Shown: positions 19,317 through 30,800 of the stretch, piece by piece
Layout of the letters: each line of letters begins with the position of its first letter
Position numbering within the stretch: position 1 is the first letter of the stretch
Source: a virus
Lineage: Duplodnaviria > Caudoviricetes
Direction: 5' to 3' (one strand)
IMG/VR virus record: IMGVR_UViG_3300037424_001021
Span: 12,161 to 76,160 of that record
DNA: 64,000 bases
Position numbers and translations under genes: made by a program
Notes under the pieces: model-generated
Database searches by the model: none
What the model was told of the DNA's origin: nothing
What the model saw: the letters and a program-made list of their open reading frames with translations, nothing else

Positions 19317-20210
19317 ATGAAGACCATTTCGGATTTACGTGAAGATTTCGGCGCAGTTTATATAATTGAATTATCTGATGGTCAAATAGTTCCTTTTCGT
19401 CTTTTAACAATTCAAGAATATATAAAATATGATGAAGACTTTAAACGAGGTCTTATTGCTATTCCTTCTTTAGAAGAAGAACTATTCCGCCTTTGTGTGA
19501 AAAATTCTTTTTTAATTGAGAATATCAATTTACAAAAGGCGGGGACTATCAGCTCTGTTGTATCACAGATAATGCAACAATCAGGTCCACGTAGTACCGA
19601 AGAATTCAATAGTCATCTAAATTTTAGTAGAAATAAATTAAATAATAATATCTTTCATCAAATGACTTCTTTGATTTGCACGGCTTTTCCTGCATATAAA
19701 CCAGAAGACGTAGAAGCCTTAACTTATGAAACTTTCATTTTGCGATTAGTTCAAGCAGAAGTAACCTTATTGAGAACTGGTTATTTAGAACAGCCCTTGG
19801 CGTTGATAAATAATGCAGAAGAAATTACAGAAAAACCTCGCAAAATAGAGAATACTCAATTAAAACAAGCATTTGAACAACAACAATTGAGACAACAAGC
19901 TGAACAAAAAGTTCCTCAAAGTCAACGCAGAGTTCGAGAAGATTTGACACATTACCCCAAAGAAAAAGTACAAGATGGCAGAGTGATAATCAGCAAAGAA
20001 GAATTACGAACTAAAACTTTTTCTGGTGCCGACCTAGAAGATGCCGACTTATTTGAGCACGCGATGCTTACTGAAGCTGTTGATATCTATAAAGATTATT
20101 TAGAAGATGTAAAAGCTGGTAAAAAAGTTATAATTAAATCTCCAGAAGAGAAGTTAAAAGAAAGACGAATGAAAAGCAAAACTAGAAACTCTAAATTATC
20201 CAAAAAATAG
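19317..20210 (+). CDS. Second tail assembly chaperone paralogue with C-terminal extension
   Basis: N-terminus (DLREDFGAVYII..PFRLLTIQEY..EEELFRLCV..KAGTISSV) parallels 18457; ATG 19317 preferred over the TTG at 19278. Confidence 0.6.
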   Translation: MKTISDLREDFGAVYIIELSDGQIVPFRLLTIQEYIKYDEDFKRGLIAIPSLEEELFRLCVKNSFLIENINLQKAGTISSVVSQIMQQSGPRSTEEFNSHLNFSRNKLNNNIFHQMTSLICTAFPAYKPEDVEALTYETFILRLVQAEVTLLRTGYLEQPLALINNAEEITEKPRKIENTQLKQAFEQQQLRQQAEQKVPQSQRRVREDLTHYPKEKVQDGRVIISKEELRTKTFSGADLEDADLFEHAMLTEAVDIYKDYLEDVKAGKKVIIKSPEEKLKERRMKSKTRNSKLSKK

Positions 20211-20222
20211 CAGGTAATTCAA

Positions 20223-23200
20223 TTGGCCAGATTTCCTTATGTTTATAGTTTAGCAAGCGGCAGAGTTTACTATGGTTCTGCTTTGCCTTCTAATAATCAA
20301 AATAATCAACCTCAATATTGGACAAATCAACCTCAAATTCCTGTAACTTCTAATTTTCAAGTATTAAAAAATACTGCAATTACTGGTGGAGTTTTAGGTA
20401 CAATTGGAGCAATCGGATTTCTTCCAACAAAAACAGGCAATGTTTGGGATAAATATTTGCATGGCATGCGTGCAATTGAAGAGTTTAGTCCTGGTGGAAT
20501 CCTTCGAACTTTTCAATTAAGTAATGTCTTTAGTCCATTATCTTCTACAGTTAAAAAGGCTAATTATCATATTACGCCAGAATTATTAGCGAATAATCCG
20601 ACTTATTTAGAATATCTTTCGCGATTAATTGGAGGTTCTGATACTAAATTTAAATTATATCAACAAGGAGTAACTTTTCGAGGTGGGAAATTACATTGGG
20701 GAACTGGGAATGAACTTGCATTACGTTATTCCAGTATGTTGCTTTCTGCTGGTCATGGAACTGCTCAAAGAATTGGAGCAGCATATGCAAGAAATTTAGG
20801 ATTACAGAGCAACGTTCCACTTGAACATTTTTTTGCTAATATTCAACCTCGCCCTGAATTAGCAGAATTGATCAATCCTTCAATTGAAAAAGAAGCGTTT
20901 CAAGTTATTGGAGGACAATCTCGTTTACAATCGTCATATCGTTACATAAGTGCAATTGGGACTGAACAAGTTGATAGATTTAATCGTCTTCTAAATGCTC
21001 AATCTGATATTCCAATTTTAAAAGAGGCTTTTGGAAAACTTCAAACTTCTTGGAAATCTGTTTTTGGCAAACCATTTAAATTAGGAGTAAAAGAAACTGG
21101 CGGTTTGCGTATGTTTGGCAAGCTTGGTTTTAAATATGGAGTTGGTTTAACTGCCTTAACTCTTGGATATCAGACTTTAGATTGGACAGCAAGACGCTCG
21201 GAATTATTAGATGATACAGTTTTGGATGAAGGTTTAACTGTAGCAGGAGCTACTGTAGGTATAAAAGCAAATCTTGCTATTTCTAAAATAGCAGAAAAAT
21301 TAGGTTTACACTCTTATCGAGAAAAACAAGAAGAAATTGCACCTGGATCTACTTCGTTAACTAAATTAGCTGCATTTCCTATAATGGGAGCATTAGCTCC
21401 TATTGGAGGGTTATATGCTTATAAAACTACTAAAATGGCTTCTCTTATTAGACAAGGATTAACTCCTGCTGCTGCCCGAGAAACTGCACAAGAAGCAATT
21501 AGTTCTTGGAAATCTGGACCTTTACTTGAACAAGTAGGCAATATTTTTGCGAAAAAAGGCGGATTATATTCCAACGGAGGAATATTAGATAATCTAATAA
21601 AGAAAATAGCATTTCCAGATAAAGCAGGTAATTTAATCTATAAAGGATTGGGCAAGTTAACCCCAGGTAAACTAGGTGCTGCAATGGGAGCGTCTATTGG
21701 ATTAGCAATGATTGCTCCATTTTTACCTGGAGCACTTATGCCATCTCAGCGTCCTGATGAATTAGAAGCGTTATATTCTGGTAGAAAAGAAATTGCAATT
21801 CGAAAAGGCCGAGGATGGCTTATGGGCAGAAGTAAATTTGAAGGGGAAAAACCTATTACATTTTTGCCTCATTGGTTTCCTCGGATGAGAATGAGAGCAA
21901 CAGAAAGAGGATTATGGGGACCTGAAGAAGATGAACGTAGCCCGATTTCTAAATGGTTAGCAAAAGAAACGAGTTACGAACTGGAGTTACGTCATTATTA
22001 TGATCGGCCATATGGTTTAACCGGAACTTTCGGAGAAGATTTACCATTGATAGGTCCATTAGTCGGAGCAACTATCGGAAGGCTCATTAAACCTCCGCGC
22101 CCAATGCATGAATCAGAATTTCAGGGAAAAGGCGGGGAATTTTTAGTCCCTCAACCCAGATATGGAGAAAGAATAAACACTGAAATAGGACAACAATTAC
22201 CAGGTAAACCAGTGTCTCCATATAGTCCTACTCAAGTAGCAGGTGAACAAATATATCGAATGTGTTTTACAAAAGATACTTCAATCAGAATGGCCGATAA
22301 AGCGTATAAAAAAATTAACGAAATTAAAATCAATGATGAAATTTGGCAATTAAAACAGCCTAAAAGAGTAAAAAATATATTTATACATAGCCAAACAGAA
22401 GATGAACAATTAAAAGAAATTCAAGTCTATGGAGATTGGAGAAAGTTAAAAGTTACAGATAGTCATATAGTTTTAGCCTTGCAACCGAAATTCTGTTCTG
22501 CAAAAACATATAATTGTATACCTAATGGAAGTAGAGAAAGTTCTAAATGCAAAAAATGTAAAAACAAACTGTATCAAAAATATCAATTAGAGTGGATACC
22601 TGTTAAAGAATTAAAAAAATGGGATTATCTAATTCAATATATTCCAAAAGCGAAAGATAGCAAAAAAGAGTTATACCTCCCAGATATATTGAATATGGAC
22701 AATTTTGAAATTATCGATAATCAAATATATCGACGAATACAAAAGTCGTTTGTTCGAAAATCAAATGATTATATCAATTTTAAAGGAACTGAAATACATC
22801 GTAAGGGTAATGAGTACTCAGCTGACTACATAGATAGAAATGCAAAAACACTGCCATTGTCAATTCCGCTAAATTGGGATTTTGGATGGCTATGTGGATA
22901 TTCTTTAGCCGAAGGTTCTCCAAGAGCTTACCAAGTTAGCTACGCAGCTCATATAGATGAATTAGATTCTCATTTTAAAAAATTATTCGATTTAATGAAT
23001 CTTTTTTTTAATGAAAAAGAAATACGTTGGATAGTAAAAAAAGATGGAGAACAAAAATTAACAAACGGAATTGAAGCGATTATAAATCATACCTCTCTAG
23101 CTGAACTATTGAGAAGTCTTTTGGGAATCCCTAGTCATAAAAAAATTAATTCTATTTTGTTAAATTCAAACAAAGAATTCTTATTAGGATTGCTTAATGG

Positions 23201-26200
23201 ATTTATCGATGGAGATTTTCATATCAGGGAAAAAGAACTCTCTTGCAATCAATCAAATCAAATTTTACAAGAGCAACTGCGAGATATCTTTTTTAGTTTA
23301 GGGATACAGGTTAATACAACTTATGTAGAAAAAACTAATGGTATTCCAGATAAATTATACTATGCTTATGGATTTAATTTATATCGCAATGAAATATTTA
23401 AATTAAGACAATTAGGCAAATCAGGATTTAAATTATCAAAAGATATTGCGACTGGAAAAACTAAATCTACAGAAAGCTTTTTAGAAGAATATCCTGATTA
23501 TTATATTTTATATAAAAAAATAAAATCAATTAAGAACTTGCCTTCTACCGACTTTCTTTATGATTTAGAAATAGAAGACAATCATCATTACTACGCCGAA
23601 GACTGCGTAGTACATAACTCCGAGATGGTGGGTTTGCCGGGCTTCATAGAGTCATCTATTAAAGAAAAATTAACTGGAACACAAGACTGGTTTGACCAGT
23701 TTGCTCAATTGGAAACTTCAAGAAGAATGGGGGGTTCTGAGAGAAATTACTGGGATAGAGAACTTGGAGATATTTTCGGAACCTCGGAGACTATTAGACG
23801 CTTTTTCCCGCATCGTCGAAGAGGTATAGATTTATACAATCCAATTACTAATACTCAACCTTGTCTATTGCCAGATACCGAAGTTTTAATGGCAGATGGG
23901 AAATGCAAGAGAGCCGAAGATATAAAAATTGGAGAAAAACTTATTTCTCATAAAGGAGAAGAAGTTTTTGTAGAAAATATAGGAAAATTCCCAACATCCA
24001 AAGTCGTTCATCTCTCTCTGTATGGAGATAATTTTCATAAATTAGATTTTTCTCCAAATCATCCTATTTTAACTGATGAATTAATTTTCAAAAATGCTGA
24101 AGATATCAGAAAAGGAGATTACGTAGCCTTTCCTATTCGCAATTATGAAAAAGAAATACCAACGTACAAAATAGATATTTCAAATTTTCTCAATATAAAC
24201 TGCTCAAAAACAGACAAATATTTATATTATGGAATTCAATCTTCCAATTATATGGAAAATGAAATTGCAGAAAAGTATAAATTTAAAATTAAAGAAATTC
24301 CATTAGAAATAAAACATAAATATCCAAAATTATACAAAATATGCAATTATAGATTAAATAGTAATCGGAAATCTTCGTATAAAAGAATTTTAAGAAATTG
24401 GGATATTGAAGATTTTTATTATCTTATTGGAGTTTATATTACAGAAGGTTCTGTTTTTTCGCTAAGAGATAAGTCTTTTAAACTTTCTGGTCATAAACAA
24501 GATAAATGGGAAGAAAGAATAAAAAATATTTTCAATAAATACGAGATTAAATATTCAATAGAAGACTCAATAACAGGAACAGGAAGAAATTTTCAGATTA
24601 CCAATCCTATTCTTTTTAATATTTTAAGAGATATCTCTCCAGGTCATGCAAAGGAAAAATATATTACTGAAAATATTCTTAATCATTCTAATCCTGAAAT
24701 TGCCATAAAATCACTAATTAAAGCACTGATAGATGGGGATGGTTGTTATTTTAAAACCAAAAGCAATAGAATTAGATGTCAACTAAAGACAACTTCTAAA
24801 AATTTAGCCTATCAATTTAGAAACCTTGTAATAGATGTATTTCATTTTGCTCCTTCAATTACTCATTCTGTTTTTAAAGAAAAAGAAAGTTTTCATATAT
24901 CGCTTTCAGGTTTAAATGCAAATATTTTAGCAAAAGAAATTGGATATCAAATTTTCGACTATACTCCTAAACAAAATAACAATAAACAATATTCAGATAA
25001 TTCATACATCTATATCAAAGTAAAAAAAGTCTTAACTGAAGAAAAAGATACCTATGTAATTGGTCACCAAGTTGCAGGAGACCATACTTTTTGTGTATCT
25101 TTAATAGCTACTCATAATACGTGGATGCCCGGAGCTGGAGATAAAAGTCCAGATTTTAGAACTGGTGATCCTATGGTCAAAATTCCATTTGGAGAAATGA
25201 GATTACCTGGACCTGGCATAGAAGCAAGATATCCAGAATTAGAAGGAGTTGCTCCAGAAGATTACAAACCCGCCTATCGCTATAAAATTCTATGTTTAGA
25301 TGCTAAAACTCTTGTTATCACAGATAGCGGAATGAAATCTATTCAAACTATTCTTGAAACAGATCAAGTTATCGGAGAAGATGGCCAATATCATTCAATA
25401 CTTTCAAAAATTCATAATACTAGAATAGATGATAAATATAAATTATATACATTTTATAATTTCGAACCTTTGATCTGTAGTGCGAAACATAAAATTTTAA
25501 CTTCAGATAAATCTGGAAATATAACTGAGAAAGAAGCGCAAAATATTACACAAAATGATTATTTAGTTTTTCCTAAAAGTTCTTTTGGGAATAAAAAAAA
25601 TCTATGTATAGGAGACTACTGCAACACAGATGACGTAAATATTCAATATATAAAAGGAGTGTATTCAGCCAAAGCAAAAGGTTCTCAAAATTTTATACCT
25701 TTTAACTTAGAAGTTAATTACAACTTAGGATTTATTTTTGGATTATATCTAGCAGAGGGAGGGATTTCTAGATCAACTGTAATAACTTTTACATTTAACA
25801 TCGAAGAAAAAAATACGATAGCTAAAAAAGTAGAAGAATTTTGTAATCAAATAGAACTTCCATATACTACTAGGGAAACTACCACTAATAGTTATCAAAT
25901 TATCATTAGCAATAGGCTTCTAGCAAGATTTTTAGGAGAAAATTTTGGATATACCCAATATACTCATCATATTAAATTAGATTATTTAAATTATTCAAAA
26001 GAATTTGTTCAAGGAATTTTCGATGGCCATTTTAATGGAGATGGATATATGGCTTGTACTCAAAGCACTATCAATGGTAGATCTACTTCGGTTTGTAAAG
26101 GCTTAATTGAAAATTTAAGATTAATGGGTCTAATGTTAAATATAAATGGAGCTATTAATTTAAGAAAAGGAAAGTATATTGGCCAACAAGGTTACACTTT

Positions 26201-27851
26201 TGATATCCAAAGACGAGATTTAAAGAAAATTAAGATGGATAAAATTCATTTGAATTATATTCCAAAATATAAAGAGTCTCAATCTAATAAATATAATTTT
26301 GAGAATGAAACTTTTCGTTTTGTTAGAGTTTCAAAAATAGAAATAGAAGAACAAGTTAATTGCGACTGGTATGACATTGCTATTGATGGAATAAACAATA
26401 TTCATAGATTTGTTACTTCTCAAGGACTTGTTCACAATTCTGATGTTGCGCCATATAGTGATGCTTTTAAAACTGCTAAATTAGAAGTAATGCGCGCCCG
26501 AAAAATGAAATCTTGGACAGAAAGAGATGAAGAATTATTTACTCAAGCAACTGATCAATTAAAAGAAAAGAAACAAGGACAACAATTTCAAGAATATCAA
26601 TATCTCAATGAGATGGGCGGGTTAAGTGATAGCCCAGGTAAACAGTATGCGTCTCAATTATTAACAGAAATAAATGAAACACAAAAGAAAGGTATATCTT
26701 TTAATCAGTCAACTTTAAAAAATACAATAGGAAGTTATTGGGAATTATTAAGTCATAATGCAGAAACTGCTTTAGATCAATTAACTCCAGTATCTCCAGG
26801 AGCAAAATTAGTTCATCAACGTTCAGCAATTGAATCCTATGAAAGAACTCAATTGTACGGTCAGTCTAATGCCTTTTGGCAACATCCTGTAAAAGATTTT
26901 CTTGCCCCATTTGCTCGTTCAGTCTCTCATGCATTTGGTTATGAAGGAGAAAGTCCAGGTATACGCGAAAAGAGAGATATAGAAAGTTACTTTGATGTTT
27001 TAAAATATATGAAAGCTTCACGACTTGCAAATATAGCAAGGCAAGCTAAAGACGAAGAAGCTGTAAAAGAATTTGAAACTCAAAAAGACCAAACTCTTTT
27101 TGGCATAAATCCATTTACACGTAGATATGGAGACTTATTACGAGCATTGCCAAGAGCAGAACGTGATTATCTTGGAGCATTTGAAAAAGCTGATACTTAT
27201 GACGAGCGTGCAAAAATTCTTAAAATGGTTCCTGAAAATGAAAGAGGATTGTATCTTGCTCGATGGAAGTTAACCGAAGCTGACGAAATTCGTAGAGCAC
27301 AAAAGGCGGGTATTTTATCACAAGACCAACTTAAACAAGCGGATAAAGAATTAGAACAATTTTATGGAGAAGCTAAAACAGAAGGGTTTCCATCTTCAAA
27401 AGAATTATTTGCAGAGTATTCTGCAACTCGTTCTTATAATGAAAATTACGGAGATTGGTATAGAAGAATTTATCTATTGCCGAAAATTCCTAATCTTCCA
27501 GGGTCAGACTGGGTAGGATTTACTCCCCAGGTTGATTTAGAAGATATCAAAATGAAAGTCGTCAAAGAACATGGAAAAAATATTCATGATTACAATTTAT
27601 GGGAATCCAGAGAAAAACAACTTGCCTATAAGTCGTATATCAATGAAGAAGTAATTGCTCCAATTATGAAACCTAACCAGTTATCAATAGAAGAAAGAAA
27701 AAGTCAAATCAATGACGTATTACTTGCCAATGAAATCAAAGGTAGTACATTTATTAGAAGAGACAAAACTAGTAATAATTCTATAGATATTCATATAGAA
27801 CAAAATAGAGATAAAGAAAAAGAAAAATTGATTTTAAAAGCATTGGATTAA
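20223..27851 (+). CDS. Giant tape-measure-slot protein precursor with three inteins (2542 aa; 1289 aa if spliced)
   Basis: Follows chaperones; several Gly/Ala-rich hydrophobic segments (e.g. LGAAMGASIGLAMIAPFLPGAL); three C...HN[S/T] intein blocks; TTG start with AGGT upstream. Confidence 0.75.
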   Translation: MARFPYVYSLASGRVYYGSALPSNNQNNQPQYWTNQPQIPVTSNFQVLKNTAITGGVLGTIGAIGFLPTKTGNVWDKYLHGMRAIEEFSPGGILRTFQLSNVFSPLSSTVKKANYHITPELLANNPTYLEYLSRLIGGSDTKFKLYQQGVTFRGGKLHWGTGNELALRYSSMLLSAGHGTAQRIGAAYARNLGLQSNVPLEHFFANIQPRPELAELINPSIEKEAFQVIGGQSRLQSSYRYISAIGTEQVDRFNRLLNAQSDIPILKEAFGKLQTSWKSVFGKPFKLGVKETGGLRMFGKLGFKYGVGLTALTLGYQTLDWTARRSELLDDTVLDEGLTVAGATVGIKANLAISKIAEKLGLHSYREKQEEIAPGSTSLTKLAAFPIMGALAPIGGLYAYKTTKMASLIRQGLTPAAARETAQEAISSWKSGPLLEQVGNIFAKKGGLYSNGGILDNLIKKIAFPDKAGNLIYKGLGKLTPGKLGAAMGASIGLAMIAPFLPGALMPSQRPDELEALYSGRKEIAIRKGRGWLMGRSKFEGEKPITFLPHWFPRMRMRATERGLWGPEEDERSPISKWLAKETSYELELRHYYDRPYGLTGTFGEDLPLIGPLVGATIGRLIKPPRPMHESEFQGKGGEFLVPQPRYGERINTEIGQQLPGKPVSPYSPTQVAGEQIYRMCFTKDTSIRMADKAYKKINEIKINDEIWQLKQPKRVKNIFIHSQTEDEQLKEIQVYGDWRKLKVTDSHIVLALQPKFCSAKTYNCIPNGSRESSKCKKCKNKLYQKYQLEWIPVKELKKWDYLIQYIPKAKDSKKELYLPDILNMDNFEIIDNQIYRRIQKSFVRKSNDYINFKGTEIHRKGNEYSADYIDRNAKTLPLSIPLNWDFGWLCGYSLAEGSPRAYQVSYAAHIDELDSHFKKLFDLMNLFFNEKEIRWIVKKDGEQKLTNGIEAIINHTSLAELLRSLLGIPSHKKINSILLNSNKEFLLGLLNGFIDGDFHIREKELSCNQSNQILQEQLRDIFFSLGIQVNTTYVEKTNGIPDKLYYAYGFNLYRNEIFKLRQLGKSGFKLSKDIATGKTKSTESFLEEYPDYYILYKKIKSIKNLPSTDFLYDLEIEDNHHYYAEDCVVHNSEMVGLPGFIESSIKEKLTGTQDWFDQFAQLETSRRMGGSERNYWDRELGDIFGTSETIRRFFPHRRRGIDLYNPITNTQPCLLPDTEVLMADGKCKRAEDIKIGEKLISHKGEEVFVENIGKFPTSKVVHLSLYGDNFHKLDFSPNHPILTDELIFKNAEDIRKGDYVAFPIRNYEKEIPTYKIDISNFLNINCSKTDKYLYYGIQSSNYMENEIAEKYKFKIKEIPLEIKHKYPKLYKICNYRLNSNRKSSYKRILRNWDIEDFYYLIGVYITEGSVFSLRDKSFKLSGHKQDKWEERIKNIFNKYEIKYSIEDSITGTGRNFQITNPILFNILRDISPGHAKEKYITENILNHSNPEIAIKSLIKALIDGDGCYFKTKSNRIRCQLKTTSKNLAYQFRNLVIDVFHFAPSITHSVFKEKESFHISLSGLNANILAKEIGYQIFDYTPKQNNNKQYSDNSYIYIKVKKVLTEEKDTYVIGHQVAGDHTFCVSLIATHNTWMPGAGDKSPDFRTGDPMVKIPFGEMRLPGPGIEARYPELEGVAPEDYKPAYRYKILCLDAKTLVITDSGMKSIQTILETDQVIGEDGQYHSILSKIHNTRIDDKYKLYTFYNFEPLICSAKHKILTSDKSGNITEKEAQNITQNDYLVFPKSSFGNKKNLCIGDYCNTDDVNIQYIKGVYSAKAKGSQNFIPFNLEVNYNLGFIFGLYLAEGGISRSTVITFTFNIEEKNTIAKKVEEFCNQIELPYTTRETTTNSYQIIISNRLLARFLGENFGYTQYTHHIKLDYLNYSKEFVQGIFDGHFNGDGYMACTQSTINGRSTSVCKGLIENLRLMGLMLNINGAINLRKGKYIGQQGYTFDIQRRDLKKIKMDKIHLNYIPKYKESQSNKYNFENETFRFVRVSKIEIEEQVNCDWYDIAIDGINNIHRFVTSQGLVHNSDVAPYSDAFKTAKLEVMRARKMKSWTERDEELFTQATDQLKEKKQGQQFQEYQYLNEMGGLSDSPGKQYASQLLTEINETQKKGISFNQSTLKNTIGSYWELLSHNAETALDQLTPVSPGAKLVHQRSAIESYERTQLYGQSNAFWQHPVKDFLAPFARSVSHAFGYEGESPGIREKRDIESYFDVLKYMKASRLANIARQAKDEEAVKEFETQKDQTLFGINPFTRRYGDLLRALPRAERDYLGAFEKADTYDERAKILKMVPENERGLYLARWKLTEADEIRRAQKAGILSQDQLKQADKELEQFYGEAKTEGFPSSKELFAEYSATRSYNENYGDWYRRIYLLPKIPNLPGSDWVGFTPQVDLEDIKMKVVKEHGKNIHDYNLWESREKQLAYKSYINEEVIAPIMKPNQLSIEERKSQINDVLLANEIKGSTFIRRDKTSNNSIDIHIEQNRDKEKEKLILKALD
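22263..23618 (+). mobile_element. Intein 1 (452 aa) with LAGLIDADG homing endonuclease
   Basis: Starts CFTKDTSIRMAD; block B VTDSH; LCGYSLAEGS and LLNGFIDGD; ends YDLEIEDNHHYYAEDCVVHN followed by Ser. Confidence 0.92.
23862..25118 (+). mobile_element. Intein 2 (419 aa) with LAGLIDADG homing endonuclease
   Basis: Starts CLLPDTEVLMADG; SPNHP; LIGVYITEGS and LIKALIDGDG; ends HTFCVSLIATHN followed by Thr. Confidence 0.92.
25293..26438 (+). mobile_element. Intein 3 (382 aa) with LAGLIDADG homing endonuclease
   Basis: Starts CLDAKTLVITDSG; SAKHK; IFGLYLAEGG and IFDGHFNGDG; ends WYDIAID..HRFVTSQGLVHN followed by Ser. Confidence 0.92.
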
Positions 27852-27854
27852 GAT

Positions 27855-30800
27855 ATGCCGCCGCCAAAAAAAGAAACAAATAGTGGAGATTCATTTTTAA
27901 AAGCCGCAATTAGAGTAGGCACCGCTGGTGGATTATATGCTTCGTATAGAAAAGGTAGAGATTTAAAAACAGCAAAAAATTCATTTATCGAAACAAGTCA
28001 AGCGGTTGCTAAACCTTCAGGATTTGCTAACAAAACCGAATATCTTGCTTTTCTTGAACAGCACAAGGAATTTATGCAAACTCCAGAAGGAGCAGAATTA
28101 ACAAAACAAGCTTGGTTAAGAGCAGCAGAAAATGTCTCGCCTTCGTCTAAAAATCTTCTTTCTTTTACTTCAAATTTACAAAATGCGGCGGGTACTAATG
28201 TTTATTCTGCAATTGAAGCAACAATTCAACGTAATGAATCTAAGTATATAGGACGTACTGTTTTTCAATTTAAAAGAAATTTTAATGCATTTCGTTCTCA
28301 TTATTCGTTAACTAAAACACTTCCTCAATTTACTACAGCACCTGCAACAATGGCTGGAGTAGGAGCAGGGAAAGATGTAGCAGTTAGCGCACTTCCTTCT
28401 GGGATACAAGGTTATGTGTCTCGTATGCAACAAGAACTGGGAGGTTTAGTTAAAGCTAAATTTTATACGCGAAAAGGCTGGAAAGAAACTGGACATGGAC
28501 AATATCTTTTAACTTTCGATACTCCAAAGGGTAAATTTTCTGTAAATGTTCCACTGCAATCTCAAGGAACTGTCGTGGAAGGATTAACTCAATCTTCTAC
28601 GAGAATTGGACAATCAACTCGATTATTTGACAAAACAACAAAAGGACTTATTGGGACATATACGGCTCCAGAATTTATGCTTTATGAATTAGAAAAGACA
28701 TTAATTCCCGCAATTCAGTCAGGCAAATATCAATCTGGTTATGATATTCAAAAAGTAATCAATACTATATATGAAGAAAATATTGGTAAACTTGAAGCTG
28801 TACCTAATATTCCTGCAAATTTACGGCAAAAAGGTTGGAAATCTTATACAGGAATTAAAAGTAGAGCTGTTAGATTAAGATTATTAGATCAAGCAAATCA
28901 ACAATCAATTTTTAGAATTCCTGGTTCAGAAGAAAGAATGGCATTATTAAGAAGTAATAGAGATTTAACTCCTTTTACTTCTCCAGGTAATTTAGCAGAA
29001 GCAACCTATAGTACATATGATCCTCGTGCCTTATTGCCTACTCCAGAAGCAATTGATTTTAGTCGTTCGCCTCGTCAAATGAACAGAGAATGGAAGGCAA
29101 CCGAATATGCATCAAGAGCAATAAGAAATCTTGGTAGAAGTAAATTTGAAACAGTGCAATGGCAAAGAGATATGGGAGTTGGTTCGTCTCCTTTATTGAA
29201 AGCAATTTATATAGATCCAGAACGTCATTCTGATTTACTTCAAAAATTCGGTATGGCAGAAGGCGAACATTTGTTTGCAGAAAATCCAGAAGTTCGAAGA
29301 ATGCTTCAATCTGAAAGAATTGGTTTTTCTGGTAATTTAAAAAGTATCACTCCTAATCTAGAAAAAAGAATTCGAGAAGGACGATTTACTCCAGGCGAAA
29401 TTCTTGGAATGACAACAGAAGGAGAAGCCTATAGATATCAGAAAGGAATGAATCTTCTTGGATTACAACAAGTTTCAACTAAAGGTAAAGGAGCTTTTTA
29501 TCAATTAAGTTATAAAGAAGTTTATGATTTTTCAGAAGCAGAAAAAACTTTCGGAACTAAAGGAATGGGCAAGTTTGTTAATGAATTTAATGTTCAAAAA
29601 GAAATTGCACCATTGACTCAAAATGCACAGATAACTCAAGGTTTTCAAACTGTTATTAATATGGATATACTCAAAAAAGACAGACAGCTTCATAATCAAC
29701 AAATGCTTGGTGCGCTACATGAAGCAATAGTTATTAGATTTAATCAAGGAGCTAATCTTTCTGGTTGGGAAAAACGTTTCTATGAGAATCCAGTTGGTAT
29801 AGGAAATATGTTAAGTAAACAAGCTACGACTGGAAATATATATAGTCATGAGAATTTTGTGGCTAATTTAATGAGATTAGCAACTCAAAAACTAAAAGTT
29901 AATCCAGAAGAATTTGGCGTAGCATTTGGTTCTGTTCCATATACGATGGGATTAGAATGGGCACAGCAGCAAATGGAATCATTAGCTCTCTCTCAAGCAC
30001 ATAGAATGTCTTTGTTTTCTGGAATTTCTGGAGGATTAGCAAGAACAGTATTTGCAGGTCCTCATTCAAGGAATGCAGGAACACTGGGAGCATTAGAACC
30101 CCGCGTTTTTGAACAACTAACCGCAGGACAATTTGGACCTATGGGAGATCAAATTGCAGAAGATTTATTTAATAGACTTCGGGTTACTAATCCAGAACAA
30201 TTTGAGACTTTTGAAGCTTTGACTAAATCTTTACGTTCAATGACGGGAGTAATAAAACCAGGAAAAGGAGAAGAAATTTGGGATTTATCGAATATAAACA
30301 AGATTTATGAATCTCAAGCTTTTCAAGAACAAATAGAAAAAGGAAGTTTCTGGTTACGTACTGGAAAGTTTGGGATACCAGATATATACGTTCCTGGAGT
30401 TGCCGAAGCTTCAAGGTTCGAGAGATATAAGACAGCAGGGGGCGAAGCCTTCAGAGGAGATATATCAAGTTTATACCATGATTATGCGCGAAAGGCGGGT
30501 ACTGTATACCAAGATGTTGGACAAATAAGCAAAGAAGAACTTCAGCAGTCTTTTGAAGAATTGATTTCAGGAGTTCACAAACAACAAGCTCCATTAGGAA
30601 AAGGAGCTGGAGCTTTATTCGGAGGCAAGGTTCTTGGTTCGAGATACCTGACCGCAGTATCGTCAATTGCTGGATATACTCCTCCTAATCTCAATACTGT
30701 TGGAATTAGTCCAGAATATCTAAATCAAATGATGGAGGAAATGAAAGAAACTGGACTTTACGACACAGAAACCTTAGTAAGAAATCGGAAAATTTTAGAA

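Noticed and set aside
20223-27851. The intein-bearing protein as the beta-subunit partner of the RNAP
   Set aside because: The spliced extein shows no beta motifs by eye, and beta-like motifs already occur within 27855-32204.
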